Below are positions 9,401 through 19,586 of a stretch of 64,000 nucleotides of DNA, piece after piece. Source of the stretch: an uncultured Prevotellaceae bacterium (lineage in GTDB: Bacteria > Bacteroidota > Bacteroidia > Bacteroidales > Bacteroidaceae); the NCBI GenBank assembly GCA_902779455.1, contig CACZBS010000015.1, positions 26,700 through 90,699 of the forward strand, given 5' to 3'. The first letter of the stretch is position 1; every line of letters starts with the position of its first letter. The notes beneath the pieces are model-generated. The model did no database searches. It was not told where the DNA came from and saw only the letters and a list, made by a program, of their open reading frames with translations. The position numbers were made by a program, and so were the translations under genes.

Positions 9401-11263
9401 ATGAAGACATTCGAAGAACTGGGCGTCAGCGAGCAGATACGCCGCGCCATCGAGGAACTGGGATTTGTGCAGCCCATGCCTGTGCAGGAGTCAGTCATCC
9501 CCTTCTTGATCGAGGGACAGCGCGACGTCATCGCCTTGGCGCAGACGGGCACGGGCAAGACGGCCGCCTTCGGCATCCCCGTGCTGCAGCGGCTCGACAC
9601 CGCCCAACGGGCCACGCAGGCACTTATCCTCAGTCCCACGCGCGAGCTCTGCCTGCAGATTGCCGACGACCTGCACGACTTCTCGAAGTTTATGGAGGGC
9701 GTCCACGTGGAGGCCGTCTACGGCGGCGCTGCCATCGAGCCGCAGATCCGTGCGCTGAAGAAGGGCGTCAACGTCATCGTGGCCACGCCCGGCCGTCTGC
9801 TCGACCTGAAGAACCGCGGCTTCGTCCACCTGGAGCAGGTCAGCCGCATCGTCCTCGACGAGGCCGACGAGATGCTCAACATGGGTTTCTCGGACGCCAT
9901 CAACGAGATCTTCGAGTCGCTGCCCGCCGACCATCAGACGCTGATGTTCTCGGCCACGATGAGCCGCGAGGTGGAGCGCGTGGCCAAGAACTACCTGACG
10001 GACTACGAGACGATCGTCGTCGGGAGCCGCAACGAGGGTGCCGAGAATGTCAACCATATCTACTACATGGTGCACGCCAAGGACAAGTATCTGGCCCTGA
10101 AGCGCATCGTCGACTATTACCCCAAGATTTTTGCCATTATCTTCTGCCGGACGAAGATCGAGACGCAGGAGGTGGCCGATGCGCTGATACGCGACGGCTA
10201 CAACGCCGAGTCGCTCCACGGCGACCTGTCGCAGCAGCAGCGCGACCTGACGATGCAGAAGTTCCGCCAGCACCTGACGCAACTGCTCGTGGCCACCGAC
10301 GTGGCTGCCCGCGGACTCGACGTCGACGACCTGACCCACGTCATCAACTACGGTCTGCCCGACGACATCGAGAACTACACCCACCGCTCGGGCCGCACCG
10401 GCCGTGCCGGCAAGAAGGGCACGTCGATCAGCATCGTCCACACGAAGGAGAAGCACAAGATACGCGCCATCGAGAAGGAGATCGGCAAGGCCTTCGTCGA
10501 GGCCGAGATCCCGAAGGCTGAGGAGATCTGCAAGAAGCAGCTCTACAAGGTGATGGACCAGATCGTCAAGACCGACGTCAACGACGATGAGATCGCGCCG
10601 TTCATGCAGGACATCAACCGCTACTTCGAGTATATCGACAAGGACGAGCTGATCAAGAAGATCGTCTCGCGCGAGTTCGGACGCTTCCTCGTCTACTATG
10701 CCGACGCGCCCGAGATTGAGAAGCCCGTGCGCGAGAAGCGCGAGAAGAAACCGCAGACCGACCGCGAGAAGCGCATGAACAAGGCGCAGGAGGGCTACGA
10801 GCGACTCTTCATCAACCTGGGCAAGCGCGACGGCTTCTACCCCGGCGAGCTGATGCAGACGCTCAACCGCTACGTCGGCGGCCGTCAGGAGGTGGGCCAC
10901 ATCGACCTGCTCGACACCATCAGCTACTTCGAGGTGCCGAAGCAGGACGCCCGCAAGGTGATGACCCAGCTGACGGGCATCCGCTACAAGGGACGCGTCG
11001 TGCGCTGTAATTCGGAGGACGACAAGGACGCAAAAAACGTGCCAAACCGCCCACGTGGCGAATCAAAGAATTCACCAAAAATTAACCAAGGCCCAAAATC
11101 GACGGAGCGAGGCTCAAAAAAGCGCGATTCCATCGGAAATGAGCGCCGCGGTCGCGACGACTGGCGCCAGCTGATGCAGCCCCGCAAGTGGGAGCTGCGC
11201 GGCCCTGAGCCCGACTTCACTGAAGAGGGCTGGGCGCGGCGCAAACCGAAGAAGAAGAAATAA
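9401..11263 (+). CDS. DEAD-box RNA helicase with DbpA-type C-terminal RNA-binding domain
   Basis: AQTGTGKT, PTREL, DEADEM, SAT and HRSGRTGRAG motifs; start reassigned to ATG 9401; promoter TATCTTTG at 9364. Confidence 0.95.
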   Translation: MKTFEELGVSEQIRRAIEELGFVQPMPVQESVIPFLIEGQRDVIALAQTGTGKTAAFGIPVLQRLDTAQRATQALILSPTRELCLQIADDLHDFSKFMEGVHVEAVYGGAAIEPQIRALKKGVNVIVATPGRLLDLKNRGFVHLEQVSRIVLDEADEMLNMGFSDAINEIFESLPADHQTLMFSATMSREVERVAKNYLTDYETIVVGSRNEGAENVNHIYYMVHAKDKYLALKRIVDYYPKIFAIIFCRTKIETQEVADALIRDGYNAESLHGDLSQQQRDLTMQKFRQHLTQLLVATDVAARGLDVDDLTHVINYGLPDDIENYTHRSGRTGRAGKKGTSISIVHTKEKHKIRAIEKEIGKAFVEAEIPKAEEICKKQLYKVMDQIVKTDVNDDEIAPFMQDINRYFEYIDKDELIKKIVSREFGRFLVYYADAPEIEKPVREKREKKPQTDREKRMNKAQEGYERLFINLGKRDGFYPGELMQTLNRYVGGRQEVGHIDLLDTISYFEVPKQDARKVMTQLTGIRYKGRVVRCNSEDDKDAKNVPNRPRGESKNSPKINQGPKSTERGSKKRDSIGNERRGRDDWRQLMQPRKWELRGPEPDFTEEGWARRKPKKKK

Positions 11264-11278
11264 CGTGGACGATAACTT

Positions 11279-11357
11279 CCATCACGCCGTGACGCCATGC
11301 CGTCACGGCGTGATTTCATGTCGTCACGTCGAGACGCCATGCCGTCACGACGTGACG
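11279..11357. repeat. 21-nt tandem array with internal palindrome GTCACG-N-CGTGAC (4 units)
   Basis: Consensus unit ccgtcacgacgtgacgccatg; lies between convergent genes; a second copy is at 44905. Confidence 0.85.
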
Positions 11358-11369
11358 AGAGTTTTGTGG

Positions 11370-13694
11370 TCAGAATTCGTAGCCGAGGTTGATGAAGAAG
11401 TAGGGCTTGTTGGTGCGGTTGCTGTAGCCGACGGTGGCGCCGACGGGCCCGACAATCGTGTTGTAGTAGTAGGCTATCTGGCCGCCCAGCAGGGTGCGGT
11501 TGTCGATAAGCTTCTTCAGCTGTCGGGCCTGTTGCGCTCCGGCGAGGCTGAGCAGCAGGTAGCCGTTGGAGGCGATGCGCTGCTGGGCCTTCAGTCTGGC
11601 AGCTACGAAATGATGGCTGACGTACTCGATGTTGCCGATGCCGGAGAAGGGCATCTGCTGCTCGACGTAGTGGCCGAACCAGTCGCCGCCGATGGCGTTG
11701 CAGAAGACGAACGGTACGACGGCGCCGAAGAGCAGTCGGCCGTAGAGCATGGGCTGGAGGGTGAAGCGCTGGCCCATGGTGAACGACATGCGCCAGTCGG
11801 CGCTGAGGTCGCTCATGCCCGGCTTCTTGCCGATGACGGTGCCGTCGGCGGCGCGCTGCTTCAGCTTGGCGAAGTTGTTGGTCACGTAGGCATACTCGGC
11901 GTTGAAGCGTGCGCCGCGTGTGGGGAAGTTCCAGTCGTCCTCGCTGTTGTATGTCAGCCGGTAGTGATAGCTGAAGAAATGCTCGTTCTTGAGGACCAGT
12001 TCGGGCGAGTCCTCAGCTTCGAGCATGTGGCGATAGTGCATGAAGTCCCAGCGCAGTCCTGCTTGCAGGTTGAAGTGGCGCAGGTTGAAGTTGATGGGCA
12101 TGAACTCTGCCTGGAACTGGTTGTAGCGGATGTTGAAGTCGAGGTCGCCGTCCATGTAGACGTCGACGTCGTTGCGGCGGAAGGTGTAGCTGAACGTGGG
12201 TCGGGTGAAGTTGCGCGGGTGGTAGGTGACTTCTCCCCGTGCCATCAGTCGCTTGCCCAGTCGCAGGGTGATGTCGTGATTGACGGGGATTTTGGTCTTC
12301 AGGGGTATGTCGACGCCCAGGAGGAGCGAGGCATACTCCTCGGTGTCGTAGCGTGCGCCGATGTGCAGCTGCACCGTCTTGCGGTCGCCGGCGGTGAGGA
12401 CGACGCGCACGCCGTCGGCTTCGTTCCACTTCTTCTCCACTTCATTGTAGATGCCGTGGACGATGGAGCGTGGTGACGCCTTCTTGGGCAGCTTCTCGGG
12501 GATGAGGGTGCACTGGGCTGTCTGATAGAACAGGTCGACGCGCATGGATGTGGTGAGCTCCTGCTCCAGGCGTGCGTCGATGCTGTCGGTTCTGTTCAGA
12601 TGGAACTTCTGTCGGAGGAACCGCTCGTCCTGTGGGGTCATGTTCTCGAAGGTGAAGCCGGTGATGCGCAGTTTCTCGGTCATCACCTTCGGGCGCACGG
12701 GGTGGAGGATCTGCGGGCGGAACGTCTCGTCGATGCCGATGCGGCTTTTCAGGGCGATGATGTCGTCCCAGTGGCGCATGGCCTCCTCCTCGCCGCGTCG
12801 GATGAGCGTGTCGATGGCCGCATGCGAGAAGCTGGCTGAGCTATAGCCCTTGGTGTTGACCTGAAGGTGCAGGTCGGTGATGGCGAGGTTCTCGTCGAGC
12901 TTGTTCTTGCAGTTGACGTCGATGATCTGGCTGAGGATGCTCATGGTGCCGCTCAGCTCCTCGGCACTCTTCGGGGCGCCCTGGACGGTGACGCCGATGA
13001 TGATGTCGGCCCCCATCTGGCGGGCGATGTCGGCGGGATAGTTGTTCTTCAGTCCGCCGTCGACGAGCACCTTGTCGCCGATCCTGACGGGCGAGAAGGC
13101 GGCGGGTATGGCCATTGAGGCGCGCATGGCCTGTGGGAGGCGTCCGCTGTGGAAGTCGACCTCGGAGTTGTCGATGATGTCGGTGGCGACGCAGGCGAAG
13201 GGTATGGGCAGGTCGCGCGTGAAGTCGAGCGAGTCGCTGAATCCCCGGCATAGCTGGTTGAAGAGCTCGGCCAGGTTCTTGCCCTTGATGAGTCCGCCGG
13301 CCTGCATGTTACGCTTGCCGATGGTCAGGCCCAAGTCGTAGATGTAGGAGTTTTGCTTCTGGCGGTCGCTGAGGCTCTGGCGGCGCAAGTCCTCGCGGTC
13401 GGTGATGACGTAGCTCCAGTCCTGGACGCGCACCATCGAGTCGAGTGCCTGGGCGTTGTATCCGATGGCATAGAGTCCGCCGACGATGCTGCCCATGGAC
13501 GTGCCGGTGATGATGTCGATGGGTATGCCGGCCTGCTCGAGCACCTTGAGCACACCGATGTGTGCCATGCCCTTTGCTCCGCCGCCGCTCAGCACGACGG
13601 CCACTTTCTTCCTTTGCGGGGAGGCATTGTCTTCCCCGGCGAATGCCCATCCGCACATCATCACGGCCAGGGCAATGAGGACGGTCTTCTTCAT
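11370..13694 (-). CDS. Patatin-like phospholipase with POTRA and beta-barrel C-terminus (PlpD-like)
   Basis: Signal peptide; GGGAKG, GTSMG and DGG motifs; terminal aromatic residue (NLGYEF). Confidence 0.9.
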   Translation of the reverse strand: MKKTVLIALAVMMCGWAFAGEDNASPQRKKVAVVLSGGGAKGMAHIGVLKVLEQAGIPIDIITGTSMGSIVGGLYAIGYNAQALDSMVRVQDWSYVITDREDLRRQSLSDRQKQNSYIYDLGLTIGKRNMQAGGLIKGKNLAELFNQLCRGFSDSLDFTRDLPIPFACVATDIIDNSEVDFHSGRLPQAMRASMAIPAAFSPVRIGDKVLVDGGLKNNYPADIARQMGADIIIGVTVQGAPKSAEELSGTMSILSQIIDVNCKNKLDENLAITDLHLQVNTKGYSSASFSHAAIDTLIRRGEEEAMRHWDDIIALKSRIGIDETFRPQILHPVRPKVMTEKLRITGFTFENMTPQDERFLRQKFHLNRTDSIDARLEQELTTSMRVDLFYQTAQCTLIPEKLPKKASPRSIVHGIYNEVEKKWNEADGVRVVLTAGDRKTVQLHIGARYDTEEYASLLLGVDIPLKTKIPVNHDITLRLGKRLMARGEVTYHPRNFTRPTFSYTFRRNDVDVYMDGDLDFNIRYNQFQAEFMPINFNLRHFNLQAGLRWDFMHYRHMLEAEDSPELVLKNEHFFSYHYRLTYNSEDDWNFPTRGARFNAEYAYVTNNFAKLKQRAADGTVIGKKPGMSDLSADWRMSFTMGQRFTLQPMLYGRLLFGAVVPFVFCNAIGGDWFGHYVEQQMPFSGIGNIEYVSHHFVAARLKAQQRIASNGYLLLSLAGAQQARQLKKLIDNRTLLGGQIAYYYNTIVGPVGATVGYSNRTNKPYFFINLGYEF

Positions 13695-13712
13695 ATAATG
13701 GCGTTGTGAGAA

Positions 13713-15605
13713 TTATTCGAGGTAGGTGTAGCCGTAGAGGCCGGAGCGGTAGTTGCTGAGGAATTCCTTGCCCTCGTCGAGAGTGATGCGGCCCTCCTTG
13801 ACGCTCTTCGTGACCCATATCTCGAGCTGGCGGACGAGCTTCTTGGGGTTGTACTGCACGTATTCGAGCACCTCCTCGACCGTCTCGCCGTCGATGATCT
13901 GGTCGATGTGGTAGTGGCCGTCCTTGGCCGAGACGTGGACGGCGGTGGTGTCGCCGAAGAGGTTGTGCATGTCGCCGAGGATCTCCTGATAGGCACCGAC
14001 GAGGAAGACGCCGAGGTAGTAGTCCTCGTTCTTCTTCAGGGCGTGGACGGGCAGGGAGTGGGAGTTGTGGCGGTTGGTGACGAAGTTGGCAATCTTGCCG
14101 TCCGAGTCGCAGGTGATGTCCTGTATGGTGGCGTTGCGCGTGGGCCGCTCGTCGAGCCGCTGTATGGGCATGATGGGGAAGAGCTGGTCGATGGCCCACG
14201 AGTCGCTGAGGCTCTGGAAGAGCGAGAAGTTGCAGAAGTACTTGTCGGCCAGCAGCTTGTCGATGTTCATGAGCTCCTCCGGCACGTGCTTCATGTTCTT
14301 CGTCAGGGCGTTGATCTCGTGGCAGACGCTCCAGTACATGGCCTCGATCTCGGCGCGCGTCTTGAGGTCGACGATGCCGTGGGAGAAGAGGTTGAGCACC
14401 TCGTCGCGGATCTGCTCGGCGTCGTGCCAGTCCTCGAGGACGTTGCGGGGCGAGAGGTTGTCCCAGATCTCGTAGAGGTCCTTGACCAGCTGGTGGGAGT
14501 TCTCGTCGGGCTCGAAGTCCTCGTCCATCTCGGGCAGCGAGGCCGTCTCGAGCACGTCGATGACGAGCACGGAGTGGTGGGCGGCGAGCGACCGTCCGCT
14601 CTCGGTGATGATGTTGGGGTGGGGGATATCGTTCTTGTTGGCTGCCTCGACGAAGGTGTAGATGCAGTCGTTGACGTATTCCTGGATGGAGTAGTTGACG
14701 GAGCTCTCGCTGGATGGCGAGCGCGTGCCGTCGTAGTCGACGCCCAGTCCGCCGCCGCAGTCGACGAAATCGACGTTCCAGCCCATTTTGTGCAACTGGA
14801 CGTAGAACTGCGAGGCCTCGCGCAGGGCGGTCTGTATGCGGCGTATCTTGGTGATCTGCGAGCCGATGTGGAAGTGTATGAGGCGCAGGCAGTCGCGCAT
14901 GTCCTTCTTGTCGAGCAGCTCCAGGGCCTCGAGCAGCTCGGCGCTGGTGAGTCCGAACTTCGAGGCGTCGCCGCCGCTCTCCTCCCACTTGCCGGCGCCG
15001 CTCGATGCCAGCTTGATGCGGATGCCGATGTTGGGCCTGACGTTGAGCTGCTTGGCCACGCGGGCGATGATGTCGAGCTCATTCATCTTCTCGACGACGA
15101 TGAAGATCTGCTTGCCCATCTTCTGGGCCAGCAGGGCCAGCTCGATGTACGACTGGTCCTTATAGCCGTTGCAGACGATGATGGAGTCGCTCTGACACTG
15201 CATGGCGATGACGGCGTGGAGCTCGGGCTTCGAGCCGGCCTCCAGTCCGAGGTTGAACTTGCGTCCGTGGGAGATGATCTCCTCGACGACGGGCTGCATC
15301 TGGTTGACCTTGATGGGATAGACCACGTAGTTCTCGCCCTTGTAGTCATACTCCTCGGCGGCCTTCTTGAAGCAGCTCCAGGTCTTCTCGATGCGGTTGT
15401 CGAGGATGTCGGGAAAGCGCAGCAGCACGGGGGCCGTGACGTCGCGCAGCGACAGCTCGTCCATCACCTCGCGCAGGTCGATCTGCACGTCGTCCTTGCT
15501 GGGAGTGACGTAGACGTGTCCCTCCTCGTTGATGCCGAAGTAGCTCGTGCCCCAACCGTTGATGTTGTACAGTTCGCGGGCGTCGTCAATAGTCCATTTC
15601 TTCAT
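13713..15605 (-). CDS. speA: Biosynthetic arginine decarboxylase
   Basis: YPIKVNQ, LEAGSKPEL, HFHIGSQ, DITCDSDG and GAYQEILGDMHNLFG motifs. Confidence 0.97.
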   Translation of the reverse strand: MKKWTIDDARELYNINGWGTSYFGINEEGHVYVTPSKDDVQIDLREVMDELSLRDVTAPVLLRFPDILDNRIEKTWSCFKKAAEEYDYKGENYVVYPIKVNQMQPVVEEIISHGRKFNLGLEAGSKPELHAVIAMQCQSDSIIVCNGYKDQSYIELALLAQKMGKQIFIVVEKMNELDIIARVAKQLNVRPNIGIRIKLASSGAGKWEESGGDASKFGLTSAELLEALELLDKKDMRDCLRLIHFHIGSQITKIRRIQTALREASQFYVQLHKMGWNVDFVDCGGGLGVDYDGTRSPSSESSVNYSIQEYVNDCIYTFVEAANKNDIPHPNIITESGRSLAAHHSVLVIDVLETASLPEMDEDFEPDENSHQLVKDLYEIWDNLSPRNVLEDWHDAEQIRDEVLNLFSHGIVDLKTRAEIEAMYWSVCHEINALTKNMKHVPEELMNIDKLLADKYFCNFSLFQSLSDSWAIDQLFPIMPIQRLDERPTRNATIQDITCDSDGKIANFVTNRHNSHSLPVHALKKNEDYYLGVFLVGAYQEILGDMHNLFGDTTAVHVSAKDGHYHIDQIIDGETVEEVLEYVQYNPKKLVRQLEIWVTKSVKEGRITLDEGKEFLSNYRSGLYGYTYLE

Positions 15606-16129
15606 TGGCTCAGTATCTCTGTTAGTTTCTCGATTGTGTCATTGATCTTCTCGCGGTTGTCAAGCAGCGTGACGTCGAAGTGGTAGCGGGCCTTCAGGTA
15701 GAACGGCTCGCGCCAGGCCAGCTGTTCGTTGATGAATGTGGCCAGCTCCTCGGGGCTCTTGCCCTTGATGAGGGGGCGCTCGGTGCGGCCCATCTGCAGG
15801 TGGCGGGTGAGCACCTCGGGCGTCGCCTTGAGATAGACGACCTGTCCCTGGCGGTTCATGTAGTCGATGTTGTCGAAGAAGCAGGGCGTGCCGCCGCCGC
15901 AGCTGATGATGACGTCCTCGAATTCGGCCACCTCGTGGAGCATGTTGTGCTCAATCTTGCGGAAGCCCTCCTCGCCCAACTCAGCGAAGATCTGCGCCAC
16001 GGTGCGGTGGCGCCGGGTCTCGATGTACCAGTCGAGGTCATAGAAGGGTATGCCGAGCTTGGCGGACAGTGCCCGTCCGATGGTGGTCTTGCCGGCTCCC
16101 ATGTAGCCGATGAGGATGATTCTCTTCAA
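15602..16129 (-). CDS. aroK: Shikimate kinase
   Basis: GYMGAGKTT P-loop, DLD, GEEGFR, GGG and RPL motifs. Confidence 0.95.
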   Translation of the reverse strand: MKRIILIGYMGAGKTTIGRALSAKLGIPFYDLDWYIETRRHRTVAQIFAELGEEGFRKIEHNMLHEVAEFEDVIISCGGGTPCFFDNIDYMNRQGQVVYLKATPEVLTRHLQMGRTERPLIKGKSPEELATFINEQLAWREPFYLKARYHFDVTLLDNREKINDTIEKLTEILSQ

Positions 16130-16132
16130 TGC

Positions 16133-18508
16133 CTAATTCTTAATCAGTTTCATGGCTTCCTCGTAGCTGAGGTCCTTAGCGCGTTCGTGCATGGCCTTCG
16201 GCAGACGGTAGTTCTTGCCGTCGTAGCAGAGGTAGGGACCGAAGCGACCGTTGAGCACCTCGAGCTTGGGGTCCTCGTCGAAGGTCTTCAGATGACGCTG
16301 GGCGTCGGCCTTGCGCTTCTCGTCGATGAGTTTCACGGCCTCGGCGATGGTGATGGTCAGCGGGTCGGCACCCTTGGGCAGCGAGGTGTAGACGCCCTTG
16401 TGGAGCACGTAGGGTCCGAAGCGGCCGGTGCCGATGTTGACGGGCTGTCCCTCGTATTCGCCGAGCATGCGTGGCAGCCGGAAGAGCTCGAGGGCCTGCT
16501 CCATGGTGATGGTCTCGATGCTGAGCTCTTTGGGCATGTGGGCAAACTGGGGCTTGTCCTTGTCGTCGGCCGAGCCGATCTGTACGACGGGTCCGAAGCG
16601 TCCGATCTTGACGAAGACGGGCTTGCCCGACTTGGGGTCGATGCCCAGCTGTCGCTCGCCGGCTTTGTGCTCGGAGCGCTGGTTGAGGGTCTTCTCGACG
16701 GAGGGCTCGAAGTCGTGATAGAAGTCCTTGATCATGGTGTTCCACTGCTCCTTGCCCTCGGCAATCAGGTCGAAGTCCTGCTCGACGCGGGCCGTGAAGT
16801 TGTAGTCCATGATGGTGGGGAAGTGCTTCATGAGGAAGTCGTTGACGACGGTGCCCACGTCGGTGGGGATGAGCTTGCCCTTGTCTGAGCCGGTGGTCTC
16901 GGTGCGGGTCTTCTGGGTGATCTGCTTGCCCTTGAGCAGGAGCACGTTGTACTTGTGCTCTTCGCCTTTCTTGTCGCCCTTGACGACGTATTCGCGCTGC
17001 TGGATGGTCGAGATGGTGGGGGCATAGGTCGACGGGCGGCCGATGCCGAGCTCCTCGAGTTTATGGACGAGCGAGGCCTCAGAGTAGCGCTGCGGTCCGA
17101 CGCTCGAGCGCTCCAGGGCGCTGATCTCGCGGCGGATGAGCTCCTGTCCCTCGTGGAGCGGCGGCAGCACGTGGGCAAACTCGTCGGTGTTCTCGTCGTC
17201 GTCGTCCTGCGACTCGCGATATACTTTCAGGAATCCGTCGAACTTGACGACCTCGCCGGTGGCGACGAACTGAGAGTTGAGAGTTGAGAGTTGAGAGGTA
17301 TGATTAGTTACGTTGGTGCTGGCCTGAGAGTTATCATACCTCTCAGTTCCCAGTTCTCCGTTCTCAATTCTTATCGTGACCGTCGTCTTCTCAATCTCGG
17401 CGTCGGCCATCTGCGAGGCGGCCGTGCGCTTCCAGATGAGGTCGTAGAGGCGGCGCTCCTGCACCGTGCCCTCGATCGTGGTCTGGTCCATATAGGTGGG
17501 GCGGATGGCCTCGTGGGCCTCCTGGGCACCCTTCGACGAGGTGTGATACTGTCGCACCTTCGAATAGTCGCCGCCGTAGAGCTCGGTGATCTTATCCTTA
17601 GCCGAGTTGATGGCCAGGCTGGAGAGGTTGACCGAGTCCGTACGCATGTAGGTGATGCGTCCGCTCTCGTAGAGGTGCTGGGCGACCATCATCGTCTGGC
17701 TGACGGTGAAGCCGAGCTTGCGGGCGGCCTCCTGCTGCAGCGTCGAGGTGGTGAAGGGCGGTGCGGGCACGCGCTTCTGCGGCTTCTTCTGGATCTGCTC
17801 GATGGTGAACGTGGCGTCCTTGCAGAGCTCGAGGAACTGCTCGGCCTCCTGCTGCGACTTGAAGCGCTGGCCGAGCGTGGCCTTCACTTCCGACTGCGAC
17901 CCGTCGGCATTCACGACGCCGAAGGTGGCGCTGACGCTGTAGTAGGTCTCGCTCTTGAAGGCCTGCAGTTCGCGCTCGCGCTCAACGATGAGGCGCACGG
18001 CGACGCTCTGCACGCGTCCGGCCGAGAGGGCGGGCTTCACCTTGCGCCAGAGCACGGGCGACAGCTTGAAGCCGACGAGTCGGTCGAGCACGCGGCGTGC
18101 CTGCTGCGCGTTGACCAGGTTCATGTCGAGCGTGCGCGGATGCTCGATGGCGGCGAGGATGGCGGGTTTGGTGATTTCATGGAACACGATGCGCTTCGTC
18201 TTCTGCTCGTCGAGCCCGAGCACCTCGCACAGGTGCCATGAGATGGCCTCTCCCTCGCGGTCCTCATCGCTTGCGAGCCACACCTGCGAGGCTTTCTTGG
18301 CTTGCGACTTGAGCTCGCTGACCAGCTTTTTCTTCTCGTCGGGAATCTCGTATTCGGGTTCCATCGTGTTGTCGTCGATGCTGAGTTCGCGCTTCTTCAG
18401 GTCACGGATGTGACCATAGCTTGACATCACTTTGTAGTCATCGCCCAAAAACTTCTCAATGGTCTTGGCTTTTGCCGGCGACTCTACTATGACAAGGTTC
18501 TTTTGCAT
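16133..18508 (-). CDS. topA: DNA topoisomerase I
   Basis: VIVESPAK, SDEDREGE, SAGRVQS, ITYMRTDS (catalytic Tyr) and Bacteroidota C-terminal GRFGPY repeats. Confidence 0.98.
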   Translation of the reverse strand: MQKNLVIVESPAKAKTIEKFLGDDYKVMSSYGHIRDLKKRELSIDDNTMEPEYEIPDEKKKLVSELKSQAKKASQVWLASDEDREGEAISWHLCEVLGLDEQKTKRIVFHEITKPAILAAIEHPRTLDMNLVNAQQARRVLDRLVGFKLSPVLWRKVKPALSAGRVQSVAVRLIVERERELQAFKSETYYSVSATFGVVNADGSQSEVKATLGQRFKSQQEAEQFLELCKDATFTIEQIQKKPQKRVPAPPFTTSTLQQEAARKLGFTVSQTMMVAQHLYESGRITYMRTDSVNLSSLAINSAKDKITELYGGDYSKVRQYHTSSKGAQEAHEAIRPTYMDQTTIEGTVQERRLYDLIWKRTAASQMADAEIEKTTVTIRIENGELGTERYDNSQASTNVTNHTSQLSTLNSQFVATGEVVKFDGFLKVYRESQDDDDENTDEFAHVLPPLHEGQELIRREISALERSSVGPQRYSEASLVHKLEELGIGRPSTYAPTISTIQQREYVVKGDKKGEEHKYNVLLLKGKQITQKTRTETTGSDKGKLIPTDVGTVVNDFLMKHFPTIMDYNFTARVEQDFDLIAEGKEQWNTMIKDFYHDFEPSVEKTLNQRSEHKAGERQLGIDPKSGKPVFVKIGRFGPVVQIGSADDKDKPQFAHMPKELSIETITMEQALELFRLPRMLGEYEGQPVNIGTGRFGPYVLHKGVYTSLPKGADPLTITIAEAVKLIDEKRKADAQRHLKTFDEDPKLEVLNGRFGPYLCYDGKNYRLPKAMHERAKDLSYEEAMKLIKN
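17271..17372 (-). repeat. Palindromic 7-mer-armed element in frame within topA
   Basis: Stem gagaggtatgat/atcatacctctc with (ctctcaa)3; encodes IENGELGTERYDNSQ...TSQLSTLNSQ; AT-richer than the flanking codons. Confidence 0.8.
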
Positions 18509-18601
18509 GTCTTTTGCGGTCTATGTATTCGTTTGGGGTGCAAAAATACGCAAAAAGTTGGCATATACCTTATTATATAATAAGAATTTTAGTTTTCTTA
18601 A

Positions 18602-19123
18602 CTAAATTCCGCCTCTCAGGAATATTCCGACGGCCCGCCTGACGCTGCTGAGGCCGAAAGCTTCGGGTCTGACATCGCTCAGCGCCACCCACTCGAGCGA
18701 GGCTGCGTCGTCGGCCGCGTGCGGCTCGGCCGTGTCGTCGACGTCGACGCGGAAGAAGAGGTCGAGCGTGTGTATGCGCATGCCCGCGTATTCATAGATG
18801 TTGGGCAGCGAGAAGAGATAGCTCATGCGGCTGGCCTGCAGGCCCGTCTCCTCGAGGATTTCGCGGGCCATGCCCTCCTCGGCCGTCTCGCCGTGGTCGC
18901 AGAACCCGCCGGGCAGGTCCTGGGTGCCGCGGGCGGGCTCCTTGCCGCGCCGTGCGACGAGCAGCTGGCCCTGGCGCACGATGAAGGCGGCCGTGGCGGC
19001 CGACGGGTTGCTATAGAAGGTGAAGCCGCAGGCCTTGCAGTGCTTGCTCTTCCAGTTGTGTTCCGTCCACAGCGTGCTCCCGCAGGCTGGGCAGTGGGTG
19101 AATTTCTCTAAGGGATGTTCCAT
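18602..19123 (-). CDS. NUDIX hydrolase with N-terminal zinc ribbon
   Basis: CPACG...CKACG plus Nudix box GGFCDHGETAEEGMAREILEETGL; start reassigned to ATG 19123. Confidence 0.92.
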   Translation of the reverse strand: MEHPLEKFTHCPACGSTLWTEHNWKSKHCKACGFTFYSNPSAATAAFIVRQGQLLVARRGKEPARGTQDLPGGFCDHGETAEEGMAREILEETGLQASRMSYLFSLPNIYEYAGMRIHTLDLFFRVDVDDTAEPHAADDAASLEWVALSDVRPEAFGLSSVRRAVGIFLRGGI

Positions 19124-19198
19124 GCTTGGATTATTTCGATTGTTTGGTTCGGAAAAAGATTGAATTATTTCGATTGTTTGTTTGGTTCGGCAAAAGAT

Positions 19199-19384
19199 AG
19201 AGACCCCACCCCCAACCCCTCCCCTTGAAGGGAGGGGAGCAGCTGCGCCGTCATCCCCGTCGGGCAGTGCGCCAGCCACCCCCCTCCTTTGGAGGGGTCG
19301 GGGGAGGCCTCTCCCCTCCTTCGGAGGGGTCGGGGGAGGCTTTCTCCCCTCCCTTCAAGGGGAGGGGTTGGGGGTGGGGTCTCT
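19199..19384. repeat. MITE/REP-like element copy A (~42-bp terminal inverted repeats)
   Basis: agagaccccacccccaacccctccccttgaagggaggggag ... ctcccctcccttcaaggggaggggttgggggtggggtctct. Confidence 0.9.
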
Positions 19385-19495
19385 AACTTTGGGGTCTCTA
19401 ACTTTGTCAGTGGCATAACACCAGCACAAATAACTGTAGGATCCTATGTCTGGGCAAAGTTACGTCTTTTCTCCGAGATGGCCAAATGATAATGC

Positions 19496-19537
19496 AAAAA
19501 AGAGAGGCACAACCCTCTGTGTTTTGGGTTGTGCCTC
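19496..19537 (-). terminator. Intrinsic terminator of the 1420-aa gene
   Basis: 12-bp stem gaggcacaaccc/gggttgtgcctc followed by a T-run on the minus strand. Confidence 0.75.
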
Positions 19538-19586
19538 CAACTTTTTGTGTTCCTAAGAAATCAGAAAGCCGGAGCTTTCATTTCTC

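Noticed and set aside
19165-19489. ORFs reading PPPTPPLEGRG (also 24066-24437, 41029-41283, 41348-41731)
   Set aside because: Translations of the MITE/REP element, not genes.
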